From NCBI GenBank assembly GCA_951406725.2, contig OX597821.1, positions 104,780,001-104,844,000 on the forward strand: DNA of 64,000 nt, in the 5' to 3' direction. Source of the DNA: Octopus vulgaris (taxonomy: Eukaryota). Made by a program: the position numbers and the translations under genes. The notes under the pieces were generated by a model. That model ran no database searches. It had not been told where the DNA came from and saw nothing but the letters and a program-made list of their open reading frames with translations. Position 1 is the stretch's first letter; every line of letters begins with the position of its first letter. Below are positions 1-14,584 of this stretch, piece by piece.

Positions 1-46
1 TCATTACGGCGTATCTTCAGGCCCCAAACACTGCTGGCCAGAAACC

Positions 47-509
47 TCTTTAAAATATTGAGGGTGTAGTTTCGTTTTAAAGGTAAGACCTTAGATGATT
101 CTCTCCCTTTTACAATGGTCGTCGACCTTCGGCCGCGCTGCCAACTTCTGGTCACGAAAGCACAACAAATGTAAACGATTGTGTCCATTCGTACTTTTCT
201 ATTGGTCTTCAGCTGAATCTTTGCCCTGCGGATTCCAAAGAGCCAGAGGAATTTTCTAAAATGCAGACATGGCTCCAGGAAGGAGAGTTGTGAGACATGC
301 TCGCATTTTAGAAAATTCCTGTTGGCTCTTTGGAATCCACAGGGCAGAACTTCAGCTGGAGTCCAATAGCCAAGGCTGGGGGGTGAAATCATTTACCTTC
401 GTGAAGCTTTGGTGACAGCGAGATGGTGGTGCAGCCGAAGACCGATGGGCACTGGCAAAGGGAGAGAATCACCTTTGAAACGAGAATTTCCCTCTCCGTA
501 TTTTGAAGA
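47..509. repeat. Diverged ~460-bp foldback (palindromic) element, MITE-like
   Basis: 199-264 (ctattggtcttcagctgaatctttgccctgcggattccaaagagccagaggaattttctaaaatgc) is nearly the reverse complement of 303-369. Weaker pairing continues outward (tgattctctcccttt / aaagggagagaatca; tctttaaaata / tattttgaaga). Confidence 0.8.
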
Positions 510-1519
510 TATGTCCTTATGTGCGAGAAACCCAGAGTAACCCCACAAACCGACCCTACCTCACTATAATATTAACTGATGTACATCTCAGAGTGTGCTT
601 TTCCTCCGGTTTTATGTATTTCTACAAACGACATATATATATATATATAATCTCTGGGGTAGTTACGAATGCATATCAAAAGGTAACGTCCCGGAAAACC
701 GAAGAAAGGTGACTTGTTTCAACATTACTATGTTGCAGCAAACAAGTCATTGCTTTTAATGGCATGAATGTGGCTTTGAACTGGTTAAATACGCTGCCTA
801 TCTTTCTGATTTTGCTTCTTGTGTCTATCATGGATAACATCACCCGGTTACCCTCACCAGTACCGTTACAATGGTCATTCTGAGAAGTTTACTTCTGAGT
901 ACAAGAATCAGAATAACACCTGTTTTTAGAATTGAAATGTTGGGCCTTGAATAAAGTCTGCTCGTACTATGAATATAAGTTTTGTATTGTGAATCATTGC
1001 AGAGCTGACGATGCAGATGCAAAATGACGTCTCGGTGTGTTTCATAGATTATAGGAAGCATTCAACATCGTAAGGCATGATATGTCATTGGAAGATCTCA
1101 GTAACCTTGATGTACATGGGAAAAACCTCCGAATATAGTAGAGTCTGTATTGGAACCAATCAGCGTTCATGCAGTCGCATGGAGAATGCAATGAATACAC
1201 TAGCATCGAGAGAGATGGACGGAAAAGAATGTTTTGTGTTACTATTGGGTCGTTGCATAATTATTGCAGCTGTTTTTCAACAAATTTTATTTTAAGAAAA
1301 AACAATAACAACATGTAACTAAAAACAGCCTTAAACAATTATTCCGAAGCATATTCACCATCTACTTCAATTACTGCCTCCCATTTGCTTGGTATACGAT
1401 CAGACCGTCATTTAAAGTTGCTTTTTGTTAAATATTATTATTATTGCTTTAAATAAAACTTGTTGAAAAAAACCGGAATGATTATGTACCAAACCGATAG
1501 GTTTCTTCAGATAAGTGAA

Positions 1520-1815
1520 CCAGAATGTACAAAAATCAAGGATTTTACAGTAGGAGGCAGAATCATTTGAAACATAGGATATGTAGATGACACACTCTTA
1601 CTTGGCGAATCGAAGAAAAAAACAGCCTCTGGTTTTAGTGGTCTGAGAATGTGAGAAGAAAGGCCTGTTCATAAATAACAAAAAAAGTCAAAGCGTACAC
1701 AGAAATTGTACACAAGATCCATATACCGAAATGCTGTCTTCCTTCGTTAATGTACGGAGGTGAGGTATGTTCCATAACGTCAGAAATGAGAAGGTGTTTG
1801 GAGAATATTGAGAAT
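1520..1815 (+). mobile_element. RTE-clade LINE reverse transcriptase fragment (decayed, internally deleted)
   Basis: Reads DFTVGGRII*NIGYVDDTLLLGESKK (YxDD at ~1580-1591; compare RTE GGRNINNLRYADDTVLLAES), then LPSLMYGGEVCSITSEMRRCLENIE (compare LLYGCETW...RRLEAFE). Confidence 0.7.
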
Positions 1816-1846
1816 AACATGCCTACATAAGAGATATACTATTTAT

Positions 1847-2016
1847 TATTTCTTTACTGCCCAAAAGGGGCTACACACAGAGGGGAAAAACAAAGACAGA
1901 CAAACGGATTAAGTCGATTATATCGACCCCAGTGCGTAACTGGTACTTATTTAATCGATGATATACCGTTAAGCATTTCGCCAGGCGTGCTAACAGTTCT
2001 GCCAGCTCGCCGCCTT
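1847..2016 (-). mobile_element. SINE family A copy, internally deleted, with 17-bp TSD
   Basis: Matches the other family-A copies; flanked by the direct repeat agagatatactatttat at 1830-1846 and 2017-2033. Confidence 0.85.
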
Positions 2017-2229
2017 AGAGATATACTATTTATCTATTTATCATGTATAAATGTTTCCAACGTGAATGTGGTATTGTCATCTGTAACAAAAGCATTGTAG
2101 ATATTTACGTACGTATACATCAGAAAAGAATAACCGCATGAAGAACATTAAACGACAAAAATAACCTAAAGCAGGTAGCAGTATATAGAGGGATGGGAGG
2201 AGGAGCAGCGGATATTACAGAAACTCCTC

Positions 2230-4300
2230 TATGAGAATATATACAATCCTTCTGGAGGAAAATCTCGACTGAAGAGAAGTAGTTTAACTAAGATGGTATG
2301 TGGGTGGTCGGAAGAAATCTGAAGACATGATTGCTCCTGCGTTATACCCAGGATATATGACATTGATAGTGAGACTCTTTCAACTGTGATCTAGAAACCC
2401 CAAGAGGCAAAAGAACTTCGAAGTGGCTATAAAGTTGGATATTGGTACAATAAGCTAACCTACCATAACTTATCAACTTGTACCAGCAAGCTGTCAACAG
2501 GAACAATAGCATACCTGACTGGTTTAATAAAATTGATCTACAAATGCAAAACCACCCACATGGCAAAAAAAAATACCGGTTAATCGCATGCCAGACCTTA
2601 AAGTATAAGATATAGACAGCATCTCTCTACAGGACCATTGTGAAATCAATTACATCATCACAGCAGAAGAGTAGCTGAGAAGAAGTGAGTGTGGGGATGT
2701 GCCGAAGAATTATTAATTAACAAAACTGTGATGATAGAGGTGCGAGAGCATAGGAACATAGTTTCGACGTGACTAAACTACACGAAAGTTTTTGACTCTG
2801 TTCCCCACTCATGGATGCTAGAAACCCTTTAACTTGCTCGAGTTTCAGTGAGCATAGTCAAGACCTTAGCTTATCTGACCTCATCGTGGACCACTATCTT
2901 GAAATTAAACACAAAGAGTGACTGTATTATCACTGATACAATACAGTATTGCAAAGGCATACTCCAAGGAGACAGACACTCTGTGATGTTTATACTTTCT
3001 GTAAACCCCTTGTTATTCATACTAATAGAAGTCTGAAGGGTATCTCGCTGGTTCACAAGGAATCAGAAATAAGAAAATTACACACTGTCTCTTTGTGGAT
3101 GACTTGAAACTTTATGCAAAGAATATGCATAAGTTGAAAAACAGCCTTGACCAAGTTACAACTTTCTCTAGGGATGTACGGTAGGAGTTTGGTATGGATA
3201 AATGTTATTATATGGTTATGAAAAGTGGGTGGAACTATAAACCAGACTAACATCTCCATGAATGATTTTTCTGTTTCGCCAGCATCTGACGAGGAATGTT
3301 ACAGGTATCTAGGGGTGGATGAAGACATATCTCACAATGGCATCTGTAACAAAACACATGTCACTAAAGAATATTACAGCCGAATAAAGAAATTTTGAAC
3401 TTCAGAACTCTCTGCATGCAATAAAAGACTGACCCATAATGTGTTTGCAGTGCCACGTGATTAGATACTTGATGAGATCCTAGCCATTGATCTGAACACC
3501 CGAAAATACTAAAAAGCAAACATAATAGTGTCGAAGTACATCCTCTTGTTAAGTTTCGATACATGAAGTTCATAACATCGTAAGACTCGAAAAGCAGCTC
3601 CTTGAGCAACATTCCTTGTCTGATAAACTAGAATACATTCCTAAGGGAGTCGCACGACTCATCCTCAGCGTATCATCAGATGAACGAATGAGCCAATATG
3701 AGCATGGAAATGTGAGTAGAAAATCTTAGAGATGATAGAAACATTGATCATCAGAGCAGTCTATCTTAGACCAATAGCCGGATGCACCAACCCAATAGGG
3801 CTCTTCAGATAAGAAAGGCTGAACTATTGAGAAATCTGCAGTAACTCTATCTAGATTACAAGTTTAGGTTTATACCTGTAATTATTGGGGCACTGCCTAA
3901 ACACCAATCTTGAGAAATTAGGCTTTTAAAAACCGGAAAAGAGAAAGCTAATTCGAAGACTACGGATCGAAGCCATCATTGGAACTGTAAAAATCTGTAA
4001 AACTTTCGAAAAGTTTATCATTTAGATATATATAAGCATGTCTACATATGCAACTGTATGCTTGAGAATACATACATAAAACAAAACATACATGATCTGC
4101 ACACATGCATACATACATACATACATACATATATCCATACATAACTACATACATACATACATACATACACACATATATACATACATACATACACACATAC
4201 ATACCTTGTTGATTTTGAAATTCCAATGCAGGAGCCATGGATCTAGTATAGAAATCGGCTCTTTCCCCATCGGCAACAAATCTCGCAATAAAACTGAACA

Positions 4301-4302
<2 letters not shown>
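2230..4302 (+). mobile_element. Dong/R4-clade (RLE) non-LTR retrotransposon, 5'-truncated and decayed
   Basis: RT motifs in order across frameshifts: GYWYNKL, IPDWF, KYRLIAC..KYKI, KVFDSVPHSWMLE, KGILQGD...SVNPL, ITHCLFVDDLKLYA, EFGMDKC, YRYLGVDE. C-terminal FIPVIIGAL and GTVKICKTF follow, then a 3' UTR containing (TACA)n. Confidence 0.85.
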
Positions 4303-4378
<76 letters not shown>

Positions 4379-7180
4379 AGCACAAACGCGTACATACTCA
4401 AAAAATAAATACACCCACCCACACATAATATCTGATGAGGTGAATGAAACCATTTATATTTCCTCATGAAATGCAACCTTATTCTAGATATTCAATAGAG
4501 TCATTTTTCTTCTTTGTCGAATTGTAATTATTGTATATGATAAGTTATATTATTTCATTGAAACCCGGAAATGAAAATAAGAACACCGTTTTTTTTTTCG
4601 TCTGAAAACAATCAACATTATATTTATGTATTTGGATTCGGTGATGCATCGGTGTCTTTCAGTAATGTAAATCTTCTACGTCAGACAGGGATATGTCAGC
4701 CATGGAAAAAGCTTTTCATCTATTTAAAAGAGATGTGAAATGCATTGTCACGAAGAATTCTAACGGTAGTTGGGATAATGAAATTTTGATTCTTAATACA
4801 TTAGGCTTTTACAAAGGCCGAAAATAACCAATAAATTAAATTCTATTTAAGCTTAATTATACTATCATTCTCAAGATCTCCTAATGCTGTTCGACGTGAC
4901 GGAAGTAGTTTTCGAAATTTTCCTTCTATTTCTTTAAATCAGCGTGAAAGTTTAGAAATAAAAATAAAGAGAAACAGCGACAGCGCAATGTTGTTTTGAT
5001 GAGACGCTAATTAATTATTCATTACTTCAGATAATTATCATTATGCATGCGCTAATATGGAAAATTGAAGACGTTGCTTCAATTTCTTTACCCTTATTAT
5101 CCAAGGGACTTCTTATCAAATATGATGGTTTCACTGAGTTCAATGGTAAAAGTTATATCCGGAATGCTATATACGAAATCTTATATACGCGGATAAATTG
5201 TATACACGAAACATTTCTACTGGCGTTAAGAAAAAATCTATGATTTCTCTTTGCAAATAAGTAGGCGTTTGGTAAAAGAATTTGCCGATACTTTATTTTT
5301 ATCTTTACCAGTGATGGCCTCGGCTCGAATTGACGTCACCAGAAAAAAAAAAACAAGAAAAACAAGCGCAAGCCTTAGTTCCAAAATTCCAACGAATATC
5401 TCAATCTTGTATATTAATAGTTTTATAAAGAAGTGTAATCCAGTGACGGATTCTTATGTTTGCATCTCAAAATAATAATAATAAAAACTGGAATGGTTTG
5501 AAACAAGTTGATTCTAACTTGTTTAAATCATACTTTTGGCTGGTTGAAGCAGCATGCAATGAGTTTACCGATTTTCCCAAACAAGGGGTGAGGCTCCTGA
5601 ATCATTCATCGGTTTGGGTGGGGTAGCTTTGCCTAAGATGACGTACAATGATGTAGAAACACCGGGTGTCTAAACGTCTCCGTACACCGAATAGGCTTCA
5701 TCCTGGCGGAGATGTTCCTTGTTGACAAAAAACGCCAGTGATGATTTGATCTGCCAGAAATTATTCAGAGTAGATTGGTCCGTTATGACTTAGATTATCA
5801 TTGTTCTATGCTCCATGAATTATTTTCTGTTTACCAAATAGTAATTCGCATCGGTTAATCATTTGTTTACTACTTTCCATGAAAAAAGATATTGATCTCT
5901 TCTGAAGCTCATAATTTCTGCGAGGTAGCCTTAACAAAAGAGATGCACACGAAGCTCGAAACCGCGTGGTTGCTGACAGTCCGTTTCGTCTGAGGACCAT
6001 GTTATACACACACACACACATCATCCTATGTTCTCTGATGGTGAGCAGCAACAACGTTCAGATATTAAACTTGTGATCGGCCAGAAAATATTGAGAATAA
6101 ATATATACATTATTGTCTGGATTCTTGCTATTTTGTGCGAAACCCCCATAAATTTAGAAAGATATCGTAAGCATATTTCTCTATTTTCTTCGCAACAAAT
6201 AGAGAAATTTCACGTTCAATGAAAGCATAACAGATACTTTTTTCTTTTTACTATTGCAAAATATTGCTTTCACAATTAATTTATGCACACAAATACTTGG
6301 GTTTTATATTTGCTATGAAGCTCTTCCAAATTGTTAAAATCAATATGTTTTATCATTCAAGTAGAAAATCATTTGCGATGTAGAACAGCGTTGTTTACCA
6401 TTTTGAATAACTTAGTTTTTATTGCAACAGTTACTAAAAACGAAATTTCATATGTTCTCATATATATTCAGTTATGCTAATAATTGCATAATTGCAACGA
6501 AGCTCAAAACACTATAAAATAACATTAGATATATAGGTTTTATATAGATATATCACGTATATATTCACCGTAGGAGGCTTTGCAGTATTCATATCCTTTT
6601 ATGAAGATAGAAATGAATGTGTTTTAGATAAATAACAAACAATGTAAAGAGCTGATTGGGGTGCGACTAAAAGCGTCTTGTAACTTTTTTTGCTAATTCC
6701 TGAATGCACGCGAGTCATTAAAGTACATGTGTCCCCCCAAGGTTGCCTGTCGGATTATATGACATGGTAATAGGAAACATAATCCGAATATATTTCAGAG
6801 AACGACATGCAGATTGCCTTATATTTATCATTTACGTGTTTGACACATTGAACTGCAGCCCAGCTTCGGTAAAATCTTGAAGTATATATTCGAAGAAAAC
6901 AAATAAACCGGCCCTAGTTCTTATTTTTTAAGCTGGATCAAATTACATTTTTCTCTTCAATTAAACTTCTGTCTTCAGGGGATATAATCAAACCAATACC
7001 ACTAATCAACTAGAGGAGTGTGGAACAACCACTTGCAAGTACACAAAATACAATGTATATTATATGGGCTTCCACACAATATCCGTCTACCAAATTCACT
7101 TACAAGGCAATGGTAGGCTCGATGACACATTCATGTATTCGTCTCTTCTATTATTCAATTATTATTTTCCTTACGTGTTT

Positions 7181-7745
7181 TATATTATTTACATTTCACG
7201 GATATTTATCCTCAGCTTGTTTCTTGTTAACACAACGTTTCGGCTGATAAAGCCTCCAGCCTTCAGCAGAAGTTTTGGGGAAACTTCGATCCTGGGTTCT
7301 CATTCCTAAAGTATTTTTCGATGTTGTTGTTATTATTATTATTCATATTCATGTTATTAATATTCACGATTATTTACTCGTGAACATAGCCAGTTATAAA
7401 ATTACCTAAATATTTTTCTTTCCCTTTCTGATATTTTATTCTTCATTGTATCATTGCTCTGATAATTACAATATTTGTGTTAGCAATTCTGTTTCTACAG
7501 CAATCTGGCAAGAACGTCAGCACCCCGGGCCAAATGCCTAGCGCTATTTCATCAGCAGTTACGTTCTAAGTTCAAATTCCGCTGAGGTAGACTTTGTCTT
7601 TCATCCTCTCGGGATCGATTAAATAAGTACTAGTTAGTCACTGGGGTCGATGTAATCGACTTAATCCCCTTGTCTATTCTTGTTTTTCCCCTCTATGTTT
7701 AGACCCATGTGGATAATACAGAAATAAACTATTATCATCATCATC

Positions 7746-7840
<95 letters not shown>

Positions 7841-7930
7841 CATTATTATTCAGGTCACTGCTTGGAATCGAACTCGGAATCTTGGGTTTAGTAGCCCTCG
7901 TTCTTAACAACTACGCCAAATAGAACTGTA
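7181..7930 (-). mobile_element. tRNA-headed, hammerhead-bearing repeat (one arm), interrupted by a SINE-A insertion
   Basis: Minus strand: A-box-like tggcgtagttgtt (7918-7906), B-box gagttcgattcc (7875-7864), (AAT)n, then a body matching 27850-27998 with the hammerhead fold at 7230-7273. The opposite-arm terminus aatagaactgta lies at 7919-7930. Confidence 0.8.
7505..7727 (+). mobile_element. SINE family A copy
   Basis: gttcaaattccgctgaggtagactttgtctttcatcctctcgggatcgattaaataagtac core shared with 17971-18203. Confidence 0.85.
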
Positions 7931-8244
7931 TTATTTTCCTATTATTCACTCATTATACCGGGACCATGCTGGATTACCGTATTCAAAGCTCTTTGCCGAA
8001 TGCATCGAACCCAGTAGTATTTTGCCATGATTGATATAGATTTTAATTCCAAAGTTAGGAGCTAGAGTTTCCAGCATCTTCCATATTGATATTACTGCAT
8101 ACTTTCGTTGCTTTCTCTCTAGGGAGTAGAGCTTCAGTTCTTATAGATTCTCCTAGTAGTTCAATTGTTTCAACGAATCAATCTCCTTTCTATAGTGACC
8201 CTCTGATTGCCTCTCAAGATCCGCGACCAATTTGACACTGTATA

Positions 8245-8298
<54 letters not shown>

Positions 8299-8508
8299 TA
8301 TATATATATGTATATGTTTATATATGTATATATGAATATATGTGTGTGTATTTACTATATAACAGATAAAGTAAAGGTTCCACATAGTTTCGATATCACA
8401 ATTTCGCTCACATCGGCGAGATCAAAGAATATAAAAGATACTCGCCCAAGTGGAAGGCAGGGGAATTGTACCCGAAGCAACATGATTGTGAACTTAAACA
8501 TGTAGCCA

Positions 8509-9011
<503 letters not shown>

Positions 9012-9718
9012 CACAGAACTCTTTCTTCAAACCGGTTCCTGGAACCGGTTTGCTCTACTTGTTCGCCATTAATAAACATGCCCTTAAAATCGTTCCGGCA
9101 GATGATTGATGCCGTTTGCGGAACATAGAAGCACTCTGTAACGTATGAAGACCGACGTAAGCGAACATATATAACGGCATTCAGTTTAAATATTATATAG
9201 CAATATACATCACACTTCATTCAACTTGCATTATATATCATTCCTTAGTATTTATTTTATATGCCCACACATGCTTATTATCAGTGTTGTTATTTTCCTC
9301 TCCATGTCTATCTGTTTCTTTCTCTCTACCTTTCAATTTTCCTATGTGCCTGTCTCTGTCTGTCTCTCTCTAACTGTCAATCGATCTATCACTCTGGGTT
9401 TAGATTTATCTTGTAGAGAATAATATATTATGTTTGACTCGCACTAAATGCACGTGGAATCAATCATTCTTTACATAAAATGTAAACAGAAAATTATAAA
9501 CTTTATTATAAAGCCTAGATATAAGCCCCTATATTTATCTCCATCTGTCTAATCTTCTCTATTTCTCTCACCGTCTATATATATTCATACGCACTTATTA
9601 ATATACATACACACATGTTCACAGACATATATGTACACAAGCATATATACTTATGTACAACAATTTTCAGGAACTGTGCGTGTTTGGGACCGAATATTGA
9701 CGTGGCAGGAGATATATG

Positions 9719-9786
<68 letters not shown>

Positions 9787-10569
9787 TACATGGGGAGAAC
9801 ACAGATAGATAGATAGATAGATAGATACAAACAGAGAGAGTGATAGACAGAGAGAGATTTCTATGTACAGTTAACGTCATAACACTGTATAGCATTTATC
9901 AATAATTCTTGTTACATATTCTTCTATATAGGTGGGGAATAAATCTGTAAATATAAATATATAAGTATATATTTATAAGTGTGCACGTTTACCTACGTAC
10001 ACATTTCTAAATACCAACATAATGAAAGTTACATAAAATCAGCTCTTTCAGGAATGAATGTGGGTCCACATATTACGGACCAGTAAACCTCAGCATGGGT
10101 GTCGTGGAATAGGAAAGCGAATAAAATTCTTTCTTCAGATTAAGATATTCTTCAGGTCAATGAATACAGTATACTTTGCGTTTTCTACTATGAGCCACGG
10201 GATTATAAAGATTACTTACAGCATTTACCTGTTTACTAAACTGTATATTGCTTACAGTATATAGTAGCTGTAGTAACGTTGCTGAAACACTACATGGGCA
10301 ATAATCATCATTACAACAATCTGATGTCAACTAGATGTGAAAGTTTTATCACCTTTGCGGTGGTCTACCTTTAATTTCCGACAAGTTGAATTTTCGGAAA
10401 TGCAGACTTACACAAAAATATTTAATTCCTGGAATTTACGTATTCGTTAGAGGTCCTTTTCTTTTTTAAATAGATACAATTTTTTGCAATAGAACACACT
10501 GAACATTTTTTAGACCTGTTTATGTAAGCATTGGACTCGGAATGATTTTCTATTTGATGTCTATTTAAT

Positions 10570-12775
10570 AGTGAAGAACGAAGAAGTAATCGAAGACAGC
10601 GGCATGCGAACGCCATGAGATTTGTGCGAAGATTTGGAAATCACGTAAATTTAGTAAATTATCATACTTGTAATGAAGAGAATGTTCGGGTTCATAACAG
10701 TGTGTCAGTTTTGTAGAGCCAAATATTTTTTCTTCAGTGCGACCAGCAGACAGATGCTTTCACAGTTGCTACTATAAAGGGAAAGTCTTGCCTCCAGTTA
10801 GAAGATAATTTCCTCCAAACTTACGATCTCTGTTGCCAGACCCTCAAAATCCGCATTATGTTAACTTCAAGGAAAACATAAGTTCATACAACTCTGCTCT
10901 ATCGCTCGCGTCTATTCTGCTTCATAGTGCATGGGCATGTTTATCACGGGATCCTGTTGAGCGCCAACGGAGTCAATTTGCCCAACTGTATGCTGTTGAC
11001 AGCGTTCAGGCCACATCAGTGCGGGCTCAGAATACAGCAAATGAAAGATGTATACCTGAAATGAGCACAGATTGGATGAAATTATGAGAGCGAGCAATGC
11101 TTGTGCTGCATCTTACAGGACCTTACAAGAAGTAGAACTTCATGAGGAGCAGCATGCCAACAGGAACAGCGGCGTATATCTGTCATGAATTTAGTCTTCA
11201 ACAGGAATCGCACCGCTGATAGGCGGAGATAGAATTCACCAAGTGTAACAGAAATAGCTATGGTCATCAGCGAGTCACCATTCAATAGAGATTTTAAGGC
11301 TTACCCAATAAACAATGAAGTCCTTGTTATCAGTCTAAACATTCTTAGCGCCAATCGCAACCCAATGGCATGTGTATTGTTCTTTCCATATGGAGAGCCA
11401 GGCTGGAAAACCCATATGATTGGTAATAAAATCTCATACATCAGTTAGAGATGGTGAATTCAACCCGGTAATCATGGAGGCAAGCGCTTCCAGTAAAGGG
11501 CAATAGACTCTTACCTGTAACAATGTATATATATATTTTCTGAAGAACCAGCAAAACAGGTTAAAAGCAGAACAATACCGTGAAATATACGAAATGCTGG
11601 TAATGCAGCAAATACTCAAGTATGACGCGCCGTTATCTTGCCTTCATCGTTTCAAAATTCTCCTAGCACGAGCGCTATCAAGACCCCATGACTATTCTGA
11701 GCATATATGGTCCTCCTGATATCTTCCTCGCAATAAACTGCAATCCTAATTGGCAAGGAATTATAAAGAATTTACTTCCAGGCCCAACTTTATCAGATAG
11801 ACCAGATTTGGTGTCCAGCGTATCCAATAGAAAGCTGCATGAATTCTTGAAGGACATCACTAAGAAACATATTTGGAAGAGTCATCGCTTACTGCTCTGC
11901 TACACAACTGAATTTCAAAAGAGGGACTTACCACATAACCACCTGTTGATAGCTTTGATAAATTTGATGATACATTTGATGATTCTGAAAAAATTAATCG
12001 AATTGTCTGTGCCGAGATCCCGGATCCCGTCACTGAACCCTTACTACTTGAAACAGTGGAAAGGTCCGCGATCTGTGGGCCCTGTGGTGATCTCAACTCT
12101 GCTGCTCTCTGCTGCTCCCTGCATGAAAAATAACAAAAGACTTTCCAAAAGGGTATGAACAAGAGATTCGGATAAACCAAAACGGTTACGCATTGTACAG
12201 GCGACATCGAAGAGCATTAGTTCGAGTTCGCAACCATGCGATAGACAACCAAAATGTAGTGCCCTACAATAAATATCTGTGCCGTAAGTTCAATGCTCAT
12301 ATTTGTGTTGAGATTTGCCTCTTCGTCTTCTGTGAAATATGTTTACCCTAAACATATTTCACAGAGAAGAAATATGTTTACAAGTATACCTACAAGTGAT
12401 ATGACGTCACCGATGTCGACAATGAGATTCTGCGTGATGAAGACAACCCCCCACCCAGCGAGAAACCCCACTTCAGTATGAGTAACGACAGTTTCCTGCT
12501 ATCCCAGCATTTGCAATGACTATTAACAAATCACAAGGGCAGAGCTTCAATGATGTTGGCTTCCTTTTCTCATTACTATTCTTAAACCATGGACAACTTT
12601 AGGTTGCATTCAGTAGAAGTACAAGCAGGAATGTTGGTAAAGAACCATCCAAAAGAAGATGAAGCCATTGGGGGTAGGGCTTTCACTAGAAACATTGTGT
12701 TAAAATAGTTACAAAAATAAAGGTCTTTTCCGTATAATTTTCAGGCCATCATTTCTGACGGCAGGGTTACACTAG
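10570..12775 (+). mobile_element. Helitron Rep/helicase pseudogene, internally deleted, intact 3' terminus (5' end not located)
   Basis: Rep motifs NFKENISSYNSALSLAS, FAQLYAVD, PMACVLFFPYGEPGW, VILPSSF, YGPPDIFLAINCNPNW, DRPDLV, EFQKRDLPHNHLLI (HUH), NQNVVPYNKYLCRKFNAHICVE. These jump to PIF1-type RQFPAIPAFAMTINKSQGQS and HGQL*VAFSR. Hairpin gccatca-tttc-tgacggc at 12745-12762, then CTAG at 12772-12775 followed by T. Confidence 0.92.
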
Positions 12776-12825
12776 TTTAATTAATAATGTTGATATTTAA
12801 TCCTTTCTAGAATTGAGTGAATGTG

Positions 12826-12884
<59 letters not shown>

Positions 12885-13061
12885 TATGTTTGTACCGAAA
12901 CTACACTTATTATAGTGCTTTTGATACCGCCGGATTGAATGGTACTGCCCACGTTTCAATTCGCTAGTGAAGACCGCAGGGCAGCTGATGATGGAGTTAT
13001 GTTCGATTGTTGGTATGGATGCTATTGTATGAATGGGATAATTTTATCAGATATCTGTTTA

Positions 13062-13165
<104 letters not shown>

Positions 13166-13419
13166 CTTTAAACTTTTGGCACAAACCAGCAATTTTAGGC
13201 AAACTGGTTGAATCCAACATAGTGCTCGAATGATTCCTCCTTTATCGATGCTGAAAGGAGGAAATACGGTTATTGAACTCTTAAAGTGAAGCCAGTAGAA
13301 AGCCTTTTTGATCTCTGAGAGTGAAGCCAGAAGAAGCATTGCTACAATTTTCTCCGAGGTGGTAAATGATTTGATTGCTCCCTGACTTCATTAAAATAAA
13401 AAAAAAACTGCCGTGGAAT

Positions 13420-14200
13420 CATTGATGATAAATTCGATAAAATTCGGCATTACCAAAAGTGATAATTGTATTAAGAAAGAGAAATTTGAAGAGAAAATGA
13501 AGACGAAAAAATGAAACGGCATGGAAAAGAGAAAAAAGGTACAGTCAATTTGTAAGAGATACAAGTACAAAGACAGTTACAGTAGGGCGATCGTTTTGGA
13601 TGCGGTGGAATGACCTGCAGATATAATTAGAAGCCCTATATATGTGGCGTATGAAAAAGCTGTGAGGATTGAGTGGGAAGTGCAGAGATTATAACAAAAC
13701 TGAAAGCAACAAATACAGAATGCATAATCAGATGCGTGAAACAGTTCAGCACATTGTTAGTGAACGCCGAAATAGACACACCGTGAACGCAAAAGATATA
13801 ATGATGCGACATGAATGATCGATATGGCGTTCTGTAGAAACTATGGTCTAGAAAGCTGAAGGTTGTATGACCAAATCCCAGAAAATGTTAATGTGAATTG
13901 GGTGCACCGGTTCGGTTTGGCCATCAGATTAGATATCGGAAACCTGTCATTGTTGTAATGATCGGAAATGTCACAAAAATGCTTGTTAATAGACATAGCA
14001 TGTCATGGTGAACCTCTATGATGAATTGAAGGACAAAATATGCAGGTTGTGGGCAGTGGATGGACTGGACGCAATGTCAGTAGTGTATGGCATGTCTGGA
14101 AGTATCAACGCTCAACTCCCAATGTGTTTCAAAAAATTATTACAGTTGTCAATATTGAATGCTAATAAAAGTCAGCATTGTTAGGAACTGCAATACAGTA
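13420..14200 (+). mobile_element. Dong/R4-clade C-terminal fragment (CCHC knuckle + RLE), decayed
   Basis: YSQFVRD, ETVQHIVSE, YDQIPENV, KCLLIDIAC and KSALLGTA motifs across frameshifts. Confidence 0.7.
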
Positions 14201-14206
14201 AAGTAC

Positions 14207-14584
14207 ACTCTTTAACTCTTTTACTCTTTTACTTGTTTCAGTCATTTGACTGTGACATGCTGGAACACCGCTTTTACTCGAGCAAATCGACCTCAGGACT
14301 TATTCTTTGTAAGCCTAGTACTTATTATATCGGTCTCTTTTGCCGAACCGCTAAGTTACGGAGACGTAAACACACCAGCATCGATTGTCAAGCGATGTGG
14401 GGGGGGGGGGGCAACGCAGACACAAATAAATACACACACATACATATATACATATATACGACGGGCTTCTTTCAGTTTCTGTCTACAAAATCAACTCACA
14501 AGGCTTTGGTCGGACCGACGCTATAGTAGAAGACACTTGCCCAAGTTGCTACATAGTGGGATTGAATCCGGGACCATGTGGTTA
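14207..14584 (-). mobile_element. SINE family B copy
   Basis: Matches 20961-21384 and 56555-56946, including the (gagtaaaa)n-type tail. Confidence 0.85.

Noticed and set aside
4425-4495. Possible hammerhead (CTGATGA...GAAA); similar at 19290-19368 minus and 16550-16590
   Set aside because: The stems or the GAAA/NUH are too decayed to support a call; possibly old Penelope ends.
7850-7918. tRNA gene (also 50670-50740 and 30690-30750)
   Set aside because: A/B boxes are present, but I see no complete acceptor stem and each continues into a repeat body; these are SINE heads.
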